NCBI RefSeq assembly: GCF_006345805.1
Contig: NC_043007.1
Span: 30,752,001-30,816,000 of the forward strand
Direction: 5' to 3'
Length of the DNA stretch: 64,000 nucleotides
DNA from: Octopus sinensis
Taxonomy: Eukaryota
Shown in pieces: positions 42,718-55,760 of this stretch. Within the stretch, counting starts at the first letter, position 1, and each line of letters starts with the position of its first letter. The notes under the pieces were generated by a model, which saw only the letters and a program-made list of their open reading frames with translations, was not told where the DNA came from and did no database searches. Both the position numbers and the translations under genes were made by a program.

Positions 42718-45700
42718 TGTGTGTGTGTGTGTCTACACCCTTCAAGATGTCTCTTATCCACGAAAATCAGTAAATATATTTAGATCAAATTCCACAATGA
42801 TAAAATCATTTCACCGACATATTATATAAGATCTATGATGATAATGATGACGATGATAATGATGATGACGATGATAATGATGATGACGATGATGATGACG
42901 ATGATGATGATGGTGGTGGTGGGGTGGATTGTAATCACGGTTCGTGAAGGATGTTTAACTATTATATCTACATAGATGCTAGTTTCTTATCGTTGTTGGT
43001 GCTGACAATGATGATGGTGACGATGATGATGATGATGATGATGCATATCATGATCACAGTTTTGAAAACAGTGATGATGGTGATGAGGACGGCGATAATG
43101 ACGCCACCCGTGACCAATTCATAAAAATAATGCTAATCAGAACGATTATGAGAATGATGATAAAAGAGGATGAAGGAAGGGTGTGGTGCCAAAGACTTGG
43201 AGTCTTCAACGATGATGGTGGTGGCGGCGGCGGTGGTGGTGATGCTAACGTTAGCAATGAGTTGTCATCTTAGTTAACAAAACGTCAACTTATCAGTAAA
43301 CATAATCAGTTAAAAACGGCCGTTTATGGGATCAAATTGCAGCGAGTCCTTCTCTCTCTGTTCTTTTTAAGACAACTTCACAAACGGAATAAAAAAAACA
43401 TGAAAGGCTTCAATACATTCATCTTCATCGTTTGGTCTTAACGTCTACTTTTCCTTGCTTGCATGGGTCAGATGGCATTTGTTAAGGCAGATTTCCTACA
43501 GCTTGATGCCTTTCCTGTCACCAACCCGTATGTTTCCATATATGGTAACGTTTCTCCATGGCCAGGCATGTTTTCACTGCAGACGGGGAACAAATGACAC
43601 CACATGTATGAGAGTGACACTCGTTTACAACCATCATACACACACGGATAATATATACACATGCGATGGACTTCTTTCAGTTTCCATCAACCAAATCCAT
43701 TCACAAAGCCTTGGCCAGCCCAAGGCTATAGCTGAAGATATTAGCCCAAGGAACCACACAATAGAACTGAACCAAAAATCTTGTGGTTGGGAAACGGCTT
43801 TCTTAACTACACAGGACTGCAAATAATTATGTGGTCACTTGACATGCTGGAAATAGGAGCCAAATTTCCTTCTAATCATATTGTATTATATTAAAGGAAG
43901 GATAATGCTCTGCTATGCAGGACATCATTTTTAAAATTTTGAACTTGTCCAACACCACAGAGAAGGTAGAAGTATATGGACACGGCTATCTTGGTTCCAT
44001 CTTCTTATTGATAAGAAGTGGAGAAGTTTTCACAAATATTTAGCAAGGCGTAGGAGTGGCTGTGTGGTAAGTAGCTTGCTTACCAACCATATGGTTCCGG
44101 GTTCAGTCCCACTGCGTGGCACCTTGGGCAAGTGTCTTCTGCTATAGCATCGGGCCAACCAAAGCCTTGAGAGTGGATTTGGTAGATGGAAACTGAAAGA
44201 AGCCCATCGTATATATGTATAAATATATGTATGTATGTGTGTGTATATGTTTGTGTCTGTGTTTGTCAACCCCAACATCACTAGACAACCGGTGGTGGTG
44301 TGTTTACGTCCCCGTAACTTAGCAGTTCGGCAAAAAAAGACAGATAGAATAAGTACTAGGCTTACAAAGAATTAGTCCCGGTGTTGATTTGCTCGACTAA
44401 AGGTGGTGCTCCAGCATGGCCGCAGTCAAATGACTGAAGCAAGTAAAAGAGTAAAGGGCTGATAGTTGTCTGTTTGAGAACCACTGCCATAGACAGAAGA
44501 CTATGTCTGAAAGAAAAAGGACAAAAAGAGAGAAGGAAACAGAAGGAATGGTCATGCCCGGAACAGCTTTGATCAGAAGTCCTGCTGGATCAGAGCTGAC
44601 CCTGGGCTAAACAACAACAGAAATACAACAACAAAGAGATAAAAATAACAGAAATTCTTTATTCTAAATATGTTCTTAACAATTTCTCTGTCCCCAGATT
44701 AATACATGTAAAGAAACAGGGTCCTGAGCAGAGAGAGAGAGAGAAGGGGCAGAGCATGAGTGATTGTAGGGATTCCATTAACAGATAGGACTAAATACCA
44801 CAAGGCATTTGTCCAACTGTCTACCATTTCTGTCATTAACCAATAATAATGTTTCTAATTGAGGCACAAGGCCAGCAACTTTGATGGAGGAAATGGGGTT
44901 AGTGAATACCACTAACACCAGTAGTTGACTGGTATTTTATTTTATTGATCCTCAAAGGGGATGAAGGGTAAAGCTGGCCTTGGCAGTCGATTACATTGAC
45001 CCCAGTGTTTCACTGGTACTTAATTCATCAACCCTGAAAGGATGAAAGGCAAAGTCGACCTCAGCGGAATTTGAACTCAGAATGTAGCGGCAGGTGAAAT
45101 ACCACTAAGCGTTTCACCCGACATGCTAACGATTCTGCCAGCTCGCCCCCTTAATAATTATAATAATTTCATTTAAATGATTTCTAACATTGGCACAAGT
45201 CTACAAAATTTGAAAATGAGAGGAGGGGGGTGACATAAGTAATTAATTCAACCCCAGTATCTAACTGGTATCTATTTTATGGATCTTCAAAATAATGAAA
45301 GTCAACCACGTCAGGATTTCAAACTAAGAATATAAATGTGTGCAAACTTAGTACCACAAAGTATTGTGTTTGATGCTCTACCGATTCTTCTATCTTCCAC
45401 TCTAATACTCCATAGTGATTTTTTCTAACACAGGTACAGGGCTACAAATTTCAAAGAAGAGGCTGTTACAAGGTTATTTTAACCTCCCACCCACCAAATT
45501 CCCCCAGTAAATGACAGGTATGTTATTAACTCAGAACACAAGGGGTGGGGGGAGGTAAGCAAGAGACAAACCTGCAGGAATGTGGGTTGTTACTATGTAA
45601 TGTCTGTGGGAATGTTGAAGTTGATGAGTTTAATTTAGTGGAGAGAGGAGGGTCCAGGATGGATTGGGAAGGACGGGGTGGGGGTGGGGTAAAGAATGAG

Positions 45701-46479
45701 AGAAGAGAGAAGGGGCTGGGAGCAGAGATTAAGGGCTGGAGAGGGGCATAAAGGATGAACAGGGGTAGAGGCTGAACACTGTTAGACAGACATTAGGTGT
45801 CAGAGTCATAAAGAGGGGACAGAGTTTGGGCGGCAGGGTTTTTAAGAGATGGGGGGAGTAAATAGATTCCTTGAGGAGACAAGGGATTGGGGTCAGTTTT
45901 TTTATGGGATCAGAGGTTTAGTTGGTATTTTGAAAGTGTGTCAGGTGGGTGTATGTATTGAGGTGAGTGGGGATAGGGACCACTTTGTTAGATTCTGGGT
46001 ATTTTTGTTTTATATTTTGTTGGTGTCGGGTGTAGTTTGGGTACTAGTAAGGAGAGGGGTAGTAATTTAGATATTTAGTGTTACCACAGGTATGGTACAA
46101 TGTGTGTGTGTGTGTTTTCAGTGTTGAGGAAAAGAGGAAAGAAAAAGGTGGTGATGTGGTAACAGTAGTAGTAGTAATAGTAGTACTAGTAGTAGTAGTA
46201 GTAACCATAGAAATATGGCAGTGGTAGCAGCAGTAAACATACAATAGTCAATAGTCGTTATAGTGGTGGTGGTGGTGGTAGCAGCAGTAATAATAGTACG
46301 AACAGTAGTAGTACCACACTTGTAGCAGTTAAGCAGTAGTAGTAGTAGTAGTATAGAAGTAGTACCATCACCAACAGCCTTGCAGTAGTACTACCACCAC
46401 AGTAACAGTAGTAGGAGTAGTAGTAAGAGCAGTAGTAGTATCACCCTATTAACAGTTGTACAATAGTATTAGCAGTAAC

Positions 46480-46520
<41 letters not shown>

Positions 46521-47058
46521 ACACAGTACTAACATAGTAGTAGTAGTAGTAGTAGACACAATACTAACATAGTAGTTGTAGTAGTAGACACAGTACTAAC
46601 ATAGTAGTAGTAGTAGTAGCAGTGACATCAAATCAATTAAATCTGATACAAAAGTTTCAATCAAAGAAGCAGAGAGCATGGAGTGGGGGGGAGGTAATTG
46701 GTTGAGAGAATGTGTGTGTGTGTGTGTGTGGTGTGTGTGTGTGTATCTGTGTGTGTCACAGATGTGTGCATGTGTGTAAGAGATCTATGTTGCGCATCAA
46801 AGAATGGATGTGTTGTGTGTGTGTGTGTAATGAGGAAATGTTTGCTGAGCAGAAGCTGCCCCCCAGGAGCAAGGCAACAACAACAACAGCAGCAGCAGCA
46901 GTAGCAGCAGCAACCATCCATCCATCCTCTGATGCATTGTCCATCCAACAAGAGAGTGTCCAGTCAGCAGCAGAAGTCACTCTGTTAGTCATCATCAGGT
47001 GTCCCCACCCGCGGAACCCAGCTGGACCCACTGGTGCCCATTGAGGACTTGAAGATCT

Positions 47059-47084
47059 TTAGGACCTAAGGATCTTTACAAAAT
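47059..47084 (-). CDS. Calmodulin-like gene 2, last coding exon: (D)FVKILRS*
   Basis: Minus strand ttttcttgtgtttcag|AT TTT GTA AAG ATC CTT AGG TCC TAA. Phase 1 completes YDDFVKILRS. With an ATG exon the CDS totals 450 nt (149 aa), the same length as CaM. Confidence 0.88.
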
Positions 47085-47605
47085 CTGAAACACAAGAAAA
47101 AAATCAGGGTCATTTAATGTCTGAATCTGAATAACAACAACAATAACAATAATAATAATAATAATAATTTAACTTTATTTCTATCAAAAAAAAAAAATGA
47201 ACGAACTAGTGAGTTTAGTTTAATGGCCTACCAATGTATACAATGAGTTTCTTTGCCCTAGGAGTCTGGAAGACACTCGGCAAGAAATGGAAGCAAATTT
47301 GAAAGAAGAAGAAAAACCCATAAATAATAATAATAATCCTTTCTACGAAATGCACAAGGCCTGAAATTTTGGGGGAGGAGGGGATTAAGTTGATTACATC
47401 GACCCCAGTGCTCAACTGGTACTTATTTTATCGCCCCTCAATTGATGAAAGGCAAAGTCAACAACATCGACAGAATTTGAACTCAGAACATAAAGACAAG
47501 TGAAATGCTTCAAAGCATCTTGCACAGTCTGCTGACCATTCTCCCATTTTGCAGCTCTAACGACAATAATAATAATAATAATAACAACAATAATAATAAT
47601 TATTG

Positions 47606-47643
<38 letters not shown>

Positions 47644-48703
47644 TCAAATTTTTGCCACAAGGGAAGCTTGGGGGAGGTGAGGGTGAGTACTGAATTTATC
47701 GACCCTGAAAGGATGAAAGGCAAAGTCGACCTCAGCGGAATTTTGAACTCAGAACGTAGCAGCAGACGAAGTACCTAGACAGACGAAATACTGCTTAGCA
47801 TTTCGCCTGGAGTGCTAACGTTTCTTATCTCTTTATTGCCCACAAGGGGCTACCCATAGAGGGGACAAACAAGGACAGATAAAGTCGTTTATATCAACCC
47901 CAGTGCGTAACTGGTACTTATTTAATCAACCCAGAAAGGATGAAAGGCAAAGTCAACCTCGGCGGAATTTGAACTCAGAACGTAGCGGCAGACGAAGTAC
48001 CGCTAAGCATTTCGCCCGGCGTGCTAACGTTTCTGCCACTTCACCGCCTTCAATAACAACAACAACATTTCTAAAGGATCAAGTTGATACTGAAATCTAA
48101 GCTAAACTCTGGAGATATTGTGAAGAGAATAAATTGAAGGGCTGCAGCAGCAGTTGTGAGATATGTGGCAGGGGTTTTGAATTTGGAACAAAGAGGAACT
48201 GTAAGATAATGATTGGAAACCTCAGAAAATAAGGGACGATGTACAAGGGGACGAATAAGTGAAGGGAAGAAAAATTGAGTTTAAAAAATGGTTTTGAAAA
48301 CATTCATCAAGGGAGATAATCCTAGCAAACCCCAGTGTGTAATCAAGGGGAATAACTCTGGCTTATAACAATTATTGAAAAAAAGGAACAGGTGATTAGG
48401 GGTTATTATGTGGTCCTTCAGCTTTTGAACATTTCAGACACGGGAGGTTATATTTAATATTGCAGTACAGTTCACATGCAAAATAAAAATTTAGAAATAA
48501 ATATTTTATAATTTAAAAATTTAGAAAAACAGAAAAACTATAGCTTGTGTTATTTTATGAATCAAAACTTGTTTTAAACCACAACTTTGATATGGATTCT
48601 TTAAATACTTCAACTAAACTTTTTTTAAAACAACACAAAACCCACCTACCTTTGCAGTATACTGTTTGACAAATAATGAGATACACTGTGTGTGTGTGTG
48701 TAT

Positions 48704-48734
<31 letters not shown>

Positions 48735-49097
48735 AGTAGTCTAAAGGAATGAGTGGTTTTCATCATCACGATAGTTTTAACGTCCACTTTTCCATACTTG
48801 GACAGAATTTACTGAGGCAATTTTTCTCAAGGCTGGAATACAGTGACCTCGACAGGATTGGAACACAGAATATAAATGGTTGGAACAAATAGCAAAATAC
48901 AGTTTGTACAACATTTTAATGCTGCTGCTTCTCTGGCACCAGAAGAAGGGATCCTACCTGAGCAGAACCTCGGAGAACAGTACAGACAGGAGACAAAGAA
49001 TCCATAATTTATTTACAGGTTACTGTTATAGAAAGCTGAGCATCAAAATAGTTTCTATAAATGATACGCAAGATCCACGGAGGTGTTGAGGTGGGTT

Positions 49098-49601
49098 TTA
49101 ATCCCTTAGGCATTCTGATTATTCTGTCAAATGTAATGCATATTTATTCCCATTGTCTTCAATTAATCATGCATTATCTCTTAGCTTCAAGACTTCAATG
49201 ATATGATTCTTTATATTTACTATAATATACCAGTGCTGCCTTAACTGGCATCTATGCTGGTGGCACATAAAAGTACCATTCAAATGTGGTAGGTGCCAAC
49301 CCCCTCTCACTCCTGAGCCGGTGGCATGTAAAAAGCACCTACTACACTCTCTTGGGGTGGTTGGCGTTAGGAAGGGCATCCAGCTGTAGAAACACTGCCA
49401 GATCAAGACTGGAGCCTGGTGCAGCCATCTGGTTCGCCAGACCACCAGTCGAACCATCCAACCCATGCTAGCATGGAAAATGGACGTTAAAGGCTAATGA
49501 TATTGCTGAGTAGGTGTGAGATGTTGGATCTGGCCAGTTTGAATATAAGGGAGGCAGAATATTTTGGCTGGATATGGCCAGTTTATATAATAAAGGGTTA
49601 A
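49098..49601. mobile_element. piggyBac-like MITE with a nested family C SINE (about 49235-49497)
   Basis: Ends ttaatcccttaggcattc ... taataaagggttaa (TTAA plus CCCTT terminal repeats). The interior is interrupted by tggcacataaaagtacc...gcatggaaaatggacgttaaa. Confidence 0.7.
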
Positions 49602-49689
49602 ACCTGGTGACAGACTAAGACTACAGCCCCCAAAACAGGTACAGTTCAAACGGGTCTCTACACAGTATCAACCTACCCAATTTCATTCA

Positions 49690-50030
49690 CGAGCATGATC
49701 GTTACCTGTGTCGCCTTACTGGCACTTGTGCTGGTGGCACATGAAAAGACATTGCCAGTGCCACTGGACTGGCTCCTGTGCAGGTGGCACATAAAAAGCA
49801 CCATTTGAGCATGGCCGTTGCCAGTACCACCTGACTGACCCTCATGCCAGTGGCACGTAAAAGCACCCACTACACTCTCGGAATGGTTGGCGTTAGGAAG
49901 GGCATCCAGCTGTAGAAACTCTGCCAGATCAGATTGGAGTCTGGTGCAGCCATCTGGTTCGCCAGTCCTCAGTCAAATTGTCCAACCCATGCTAGCATGG
50001 AAAGTGGACATTAAACAATGATGATAATGG
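49690..50030 (+). mobile_element. SINE family C (internal tggcacgtaaaaagcac repeats, RTE-like (GAT)n tail); other copies at about 43440-, 48775-, 49235+, 55913+, 56700-56937, 60750+, 61600+, 61835-
   Basis: Repeated gtggcac(a/g)taaaaagcac units, then ggttggcgttaggaagggcatccagctgtagaaac...ccaacccatgctagcatggaaag.ggac.ttaaac.atgatgat. Confidence 0.8.
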
Positions 50031-50137
50031 AGGTTTGGGTTAACCATGAGCTATAATGTAAGAGATACCTGTCCAACAATGGGACTGAACATTGAACCAA
50101 ATGCTTACGAAAGACTTCTTAACCAACAGATACTCAC

Positions 50138-50380
50138 CATCATAGTTGACTCTTCCGTCAGCTGTAATCTCAGCTTCCCTTATCATTTCATCAACTTCCT
50201 CATCAGAGAGTTTCTCGCCAAGGTTTGTCAACACGTGACGCAGCTCAGCACAAGAGATGTACCCATTGCCATCTTTGTCGAACACACGGAAGGCTTCTTT
50301 CAGCTCATCGTCCGTGTCCTGGGTGATGTGCTGCTTGGAAATGATGCTCACCACATCCTGATCGGTGAGTTTACGATTTC
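50138..50380 (-). CDS. Calmodulin-like gene 2, exon with EF2 end, EF3 and EF4: (G)[80 protein letters not shown](D)
   Basis: Acceptor ttgtcgctttcag|GA and donor G|gtgagt. The exon is exactly 243 nt and lies within ORF 50040..50399. Confidence 0.96.
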
Positions 50381-52888
50381 CTGAAAGCGACAAATACACA
50401 TTGAAACACTGAACTCATCTGAATGTCAGCTAACACACAAACCAATCACGAAATTAGCATGTTGATAGACCTGTACATATATATATACACACTGTTTCAG
50501 AATATACATCTTCACTTACTACATATATATACTTGTTTTATTTATATTTCCTGAGCGCCATACTAATACAATTGTTTGTTTGTATTCCACCTGCCTTCGT
50601 CTTTTGTTTATTTCCGTAAACCTGCCGTCGTCTTTTGTCTATTTTCATAAAGCTTACCGTTATATATTATATACATACGCACACACACACAAATACAAAT
50701 GTACACACACACATATATACATAAATACATACATACGTACACACACATATACATATGTATACACACACATACAAATACATGCATACGTAAACACACACAT
50801 ATACATAAGTACATACATAAGTACACACACACACATATATACATACATACATACGTTCACACACACATAAATACACACATACATACCAGTTAATATAAAC
50901 ACACACATCCTTCTGATCAGGTTATATACACAGTAATCAGCCCAGACCATTGCATACTTTGAATGAAAAGGTTAGTGAGGGTATGGCTGGAATGTCTTTG
51001 ATCTGGGGTCTTCTAGACAAGGGTTGACCTGCAGCTAACCAAAATCACCTCCACAAACCCAAACCCAACGTAAGAGCCAATGAGAGATTTCCATCGTGTC
51101 TCATCCTGCTAAACTCAGCAGCTGAATCTCCATCTTAGTAAACAAAGGACACACATCATATGAAGGGCAGGATAATCCCCAGTGGGACTCCTTTGATCTT
51201 AGACCTGCTGAAACAGGGCTGACCTGGGGCTAAAGAACACCAAGTAAAGACACACCGGATAACGTAGCTCTAGATACATTATATGAGAATAAATGACAAG
51301 ATGGGCATGGCTGGACTACCTCTGGTCACAGATCTTCTAAAGCAGGGTTCTCCGGGAAATAAAGGACACCAATATCAGCAAAATATCCCTGCATAATGAC
51401 CCTTTAGGGTTTTCTTCAATGTTTCATAATTTAACCTTTATGACATGGTTATTTACCAACAACTGACAAGAGTCGGTAGAGCATCAGGCAGAAAGCTTTG
51501 TGATATTTGGTGTTTATTCTGAATGTCTGCATTCTGAGTTCAAATTCCAAAAGGACCAATTTTAACTTTCTTCTTTTGGGGGGGTCAATAAAGAAGAAAA
51601 GAACCAATCTCTGATAAGGGCTTGGTGAAACTGTAAACATGTTGAGTAAAAACCTTGTGGTAGTTGTCCAGGTTCTTTGTATTGTGAGTTCAAATTCCAC
51701 CATGGCCTACCTGGGTGATAGGTTTAATCCATCACATAGTTTAACACCACCACCACCACCACCAGGCAACTTGGAATCATTAGCACAGACCCCTGTTGTT
51801 GCAAACATTTAGGCAAGGTTTCCAGTTTCAGGGTATGTTTGTGTTCCCTCCTTCTCACCAGTCTTGAAGGCCTAATAATGGCTCAAGGGCCCTGTTTTCC
51901 CTCCTAACTAAAAGGAAAAACATTTCTTCCATCAAGTCAGAGTTAATCTATTTTTTGTTTAAAATCTTTACATAAACAAAAAAGCAAACAAAATTAAAAA
52001 TGTGAATTCTATGCATCTTTCTTCTTATAATTCCTGAATTTCAATTTAAAATTTATAATCCAACTTCAAATTATCTCCCTTGTAACAGGTGTCACCACTA
52101 GATCAGGAATTCTCAACCAGTTTTTATCAATGGACCCTTTTGTTTGCTATTCTATCCCAGCAGACCCTCATAGGCATTCAATGTTGAAAAACTAGTTTTA
52201 AAGAAACTTCTTTCAAAAATTCCTATTTTGTTTTTCTCACCCATTAACTTGTGTTGGTTGAATTATGTAAAATGTGAGAAAGAAACCTGGCTGATTCTTG
52301 CAATAAATACCAATACAAACATTGAAGGCAGGGGTTCTTATTTTATTCTGGTGGACCCCAATAGCCATTCGTTGTTTAAAACCTAGTTTTATGGGAACTT
52401 CCTTCAAATTCCTCTTTTGGTTTTCACACATTAACTTGTGTAGGTTGAACTATGGAAAATATTAGAGAAAGAGACCCAGCAAGACATACCAATACATACA
52501 TCAAAAGCAAAATTTTTTCAGGGGCCCTCATATACTATTTTGTTGTGTGGACCCCCAGAAATTATTGCATTAGAGGGATCATGTGTGTTTTAATAACTTC
52601 AAATTCAGAAAATCTTTTTTCAAAATATTGTCGCTGCAGCAATAAATTTCTCTAAAATGTCTACAGCAGCCAAATCTGCATCAGATCGTATCTTACCATC
52701 TTCAAAAAGAGGAAGGACATCTTGGGGAAAATAATCCAAAATATTGAATAGACAAAAAGACAACAGTGCCAAGTCTGGAACCTATCTGACTAGGGATCTG
52801 CTCAGCCAGGCCAACCTGGGGTTAAATAACAACAACAACAACAACAACAACAGACAAGAAATCAAATAAGGAATCCTTCGTTACCTAC

Positions 52889-53032
52889 CACTGCTATCAA
52901 TGGCGTCTCGAATATTTTTCACTTCAGCTTCTGTAGGACTGTAACCGATCGCTCGCATCACGGTTCCAATGTCTTGTGAGAAGATACAGCTGTCTCCATC
53001 TTTGGCAAACACAACACATGCCTCTCGGCACA
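52889..53032 (-). CDS. Calmodulin-like gene 2, exon with degenerate EF1 and start of EF2: (L)CREACVVFAKDGDSCIFSQDIGTVMRAIGYSPTEAEVKNIRDAIDSS(G)
   Basis: Acceptor ctactctttctag|TG and donor G|gtaggt. The exon is exactly 144 nt, phase 1-1, and GTVMR.IG..PTEAE matches CaM. It is the end of ORF 52881..53330. Confidence 0.93.
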
Positions 53033-53124
53033 CTAGAAAGAGTAGCACATTGGTAGACTCAGTCATGACATATATGTGTGTGTGTGTATCATCATCATCA
53101 TCATCATCATCATCATTTAGCGTC

Positions 53125-53181
<57 letters not shown>

Positions 53182-53729
53182 CGAGGAGAGGGAGAGAGAA
53201 AGATATAGATACACACACAAATATGCACATATACATACATACATACAAATATGCATATACATACATATATATACACATGCATACATGAATACAGACATAC
53301 ATACATATACATATATATATACATATACACTCAACCTCACCACTCCAAGCTGCCCTTGTGGCAAAAATTTGAAATCAATATCATTATGATTGTTGTTATT
53401 ATTATTATTATTATTATTATTGAGTGAGAGAGCAGTGCATGCCATCAAAGTGATACTGGGGTAAAATATACGAGGCCCAGTATACCCGTCTGATAAGGGT
53501 ACACTAGGCACATGCATCACAACCATATGTCCACGACATGGTGATCTCATATCAAGATAAACAGTGCATGACCTTGCAGGTGGGGCCCAGTTAGAATTTT
53601 CTTCAGGTTGAGTAGCCCATCCCACTCAAAAGTTCCCCGAATAAGGGTTGTTTAAGGATGTTGAAAGAACCACCCATGTTTCCAGAGGTGAATTATTCAA
53701 ACCTCAAAGTATCCCTCTCAACACATGGC

Positions 53730-53774
<45 letters not shown>

Positions 53775-55726
53775 CCACGAGCTTCAGAGGCATTAGAAGG
53801 TCAGGCTAAATACTTAGCAGCATTTCACCCATCTTTCTGTACTGAGTTCAAATTCTGCCAAGGTCAACTTCACCTTCCGTCCATCTGGGGTTAATAAAAT
53901 AAATACCAGTTGAACACAGGGGTCAATTTAATCAACTTACCCCCTCCCTCAAAACTGCTCCCCTTGTGCCAAAATTTGAAACCATTATTATCACTACTAC
54001 TACTACCACCACCAACACTACTACCACCACTATTACTACTACTACTACTACCACCACCACCGCCAACACTACTACACATCAACACATATGTTGTTATCTC
54101 ACTGCAGGTAAAAAGGAGGGGGTGTGGATATGCTCAAACTGGAAACCTGGTCCCAACACTTCCACTAAAACTGTCTGAAGGGCCAGGTGGTGCTGTTAAA
54201 CCACCCATAAAACACACACAGCTCACCTCTTTACACTCTGTGTACCCAGGTGACCCATTTACAATATGTACCCAGCTGTCAGCTCCAGATTATGCACAGT
54301 CGATATTGACAGGAGAGACAGTAGGTCGTGTAGACTTCAAAGAAATGAACTGATGTATTCATTGCCAGGACTGTTGTAGTGGTGTTTGAGTGGTGGTCAT
54401 GTTGGGAGTGGGGTTTCAGTACACAAACATGAAGGACCAGAACTGACTTGGGGTTAAACATCTAGTATGTGTGTGCATGTACATGAACACACACACATAT
54501 ATATGTACACACACACACACACATACACACAAGTATATATTCACATAATATATATATATATATATATATATATTCTTTTAGTCGTTTATTTCTTTCAGTC
54601 ATTTGACTGCAGCCATGCTGGAGCACCGCCTTTAATCAAACAAATCAACTCCAGGACTTATTCTTTGTAAGCCTAGTACTTATTCTGTTGGACTCTTTTG
54701 CCGAACTGCTAAGTTACAGGGACATAAACACACCAACATCAATTGTCAAGCGATGGTGGGGGGGTCAAACACAGACACACACACACACATATATATATAT
54801 ACGACAGGCTTCTTTCAGTTTCTGTCTACTAAATCCACACACAAGGCCCTGTTTCATCTACTCCGCATTTCGAAAATGCGGAGTAGATGAAACAGCGACA
54901 ACTGATGAAGGGGAATATTCTTTATGTTGTATGTCTCGTTTCTCTGTTTTTTTCGTTGTTTTAAAAAAAGTTCCTTTCTATGTTTTTGTTTTTATGTTTT
55001 CGTTTCTCATTGTGTTCAACGTTTTTTTTTTATGTCCTGTACCCATATATGCATGTATATATGCATGTAGAGGTAGGTACGTACATATATTTATATATTA
55101 TTTATATTATTATATGTATATATGTGTGTGTGTGTGTGTGTGTGTATAAGTGTGCATGTGTGTATCTGTCACCCCACCATCACTTGACAACCTATGTTGG
55201 TGTGTTTGCATCCCCATAACTTAGCAGTTCAGCAAAAGATCGATAGAATAAGTACTAGGCTTTAAAAAAATAAGTTTTGGGGTCAGTTTGTTCGACTAAA
55301 GGCAGTACTCCAGCATGGCCGCAGTCAAACGACTGAAAAAAATACAAGTAAATATATATATGTATACATATATATATATACACATGTATCCATATACTGT
55401 CCTACCCTGAGGTTGATCCTTCTCTTCCATACATATTCTCTCTCTCTCTCCTGGAAGAAAAGGAGTTTTGATCAGACCTAGAGAGGGATGGGCACCACCA
55501 GGTTTGACAGTGTCTAAATTAAGTTGGGCATCATGAAAGTATCGCTATCACCCCACCCAGCAACTGAGGGTCCAGGGAAGAGAGCAGCAAGGTTAGGGTT
55601 GGAGGTGAAGGTTAGGGTTAACAAGCAGCATCAGAGCTTAATATAAGGGTTAGCTTTGAGGTTAGGGTTCATATAAGAATAAGGGTAATTTTCAAAGACA
55701 GATGAATAAATTTGATAAAAACTCAC

Positions 55727-55760
55727 AGTCCATCTTTTCCCGATTCATTCTTGTTGCAGC
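55727..55760 (-). CDS. Calmodulin-like gene 2, N-terminal exon: AATRMNREKMD(L)
   Basis: Minus strand ttctctcatttcag|GCT GCA ACA AGA ATG AAT CGG GAA AAG ATG GAC T|gtgagt. The exon is 34 nt, phase 0-1, the positional equivalent of the 31-nt CaM exon 2. An ATG-only exon 1 was not found, and the internal ATG could also be used. Confidence 0.8.

Noticed and set aside
45666-45689. G-quadruplex motif in a G-rich, skewed stretch (45540-46060)
   Set aside because: The motif is real, but it probably belongs to a decayed repeat and nothing ties it to function.
52105-52640. hAT-like MITE (caggaattctcaacc) with a direct repeat of about 188 bp
   Set aside because: It is too degraded to define ends by eye, so it was left unannotated.
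52694-52702. Minus-strand ATG|gtaaga as exon 1 of gene 2
   Set aside because: It lies between coding exons 3 and 4 and inside a dispersed repeat.
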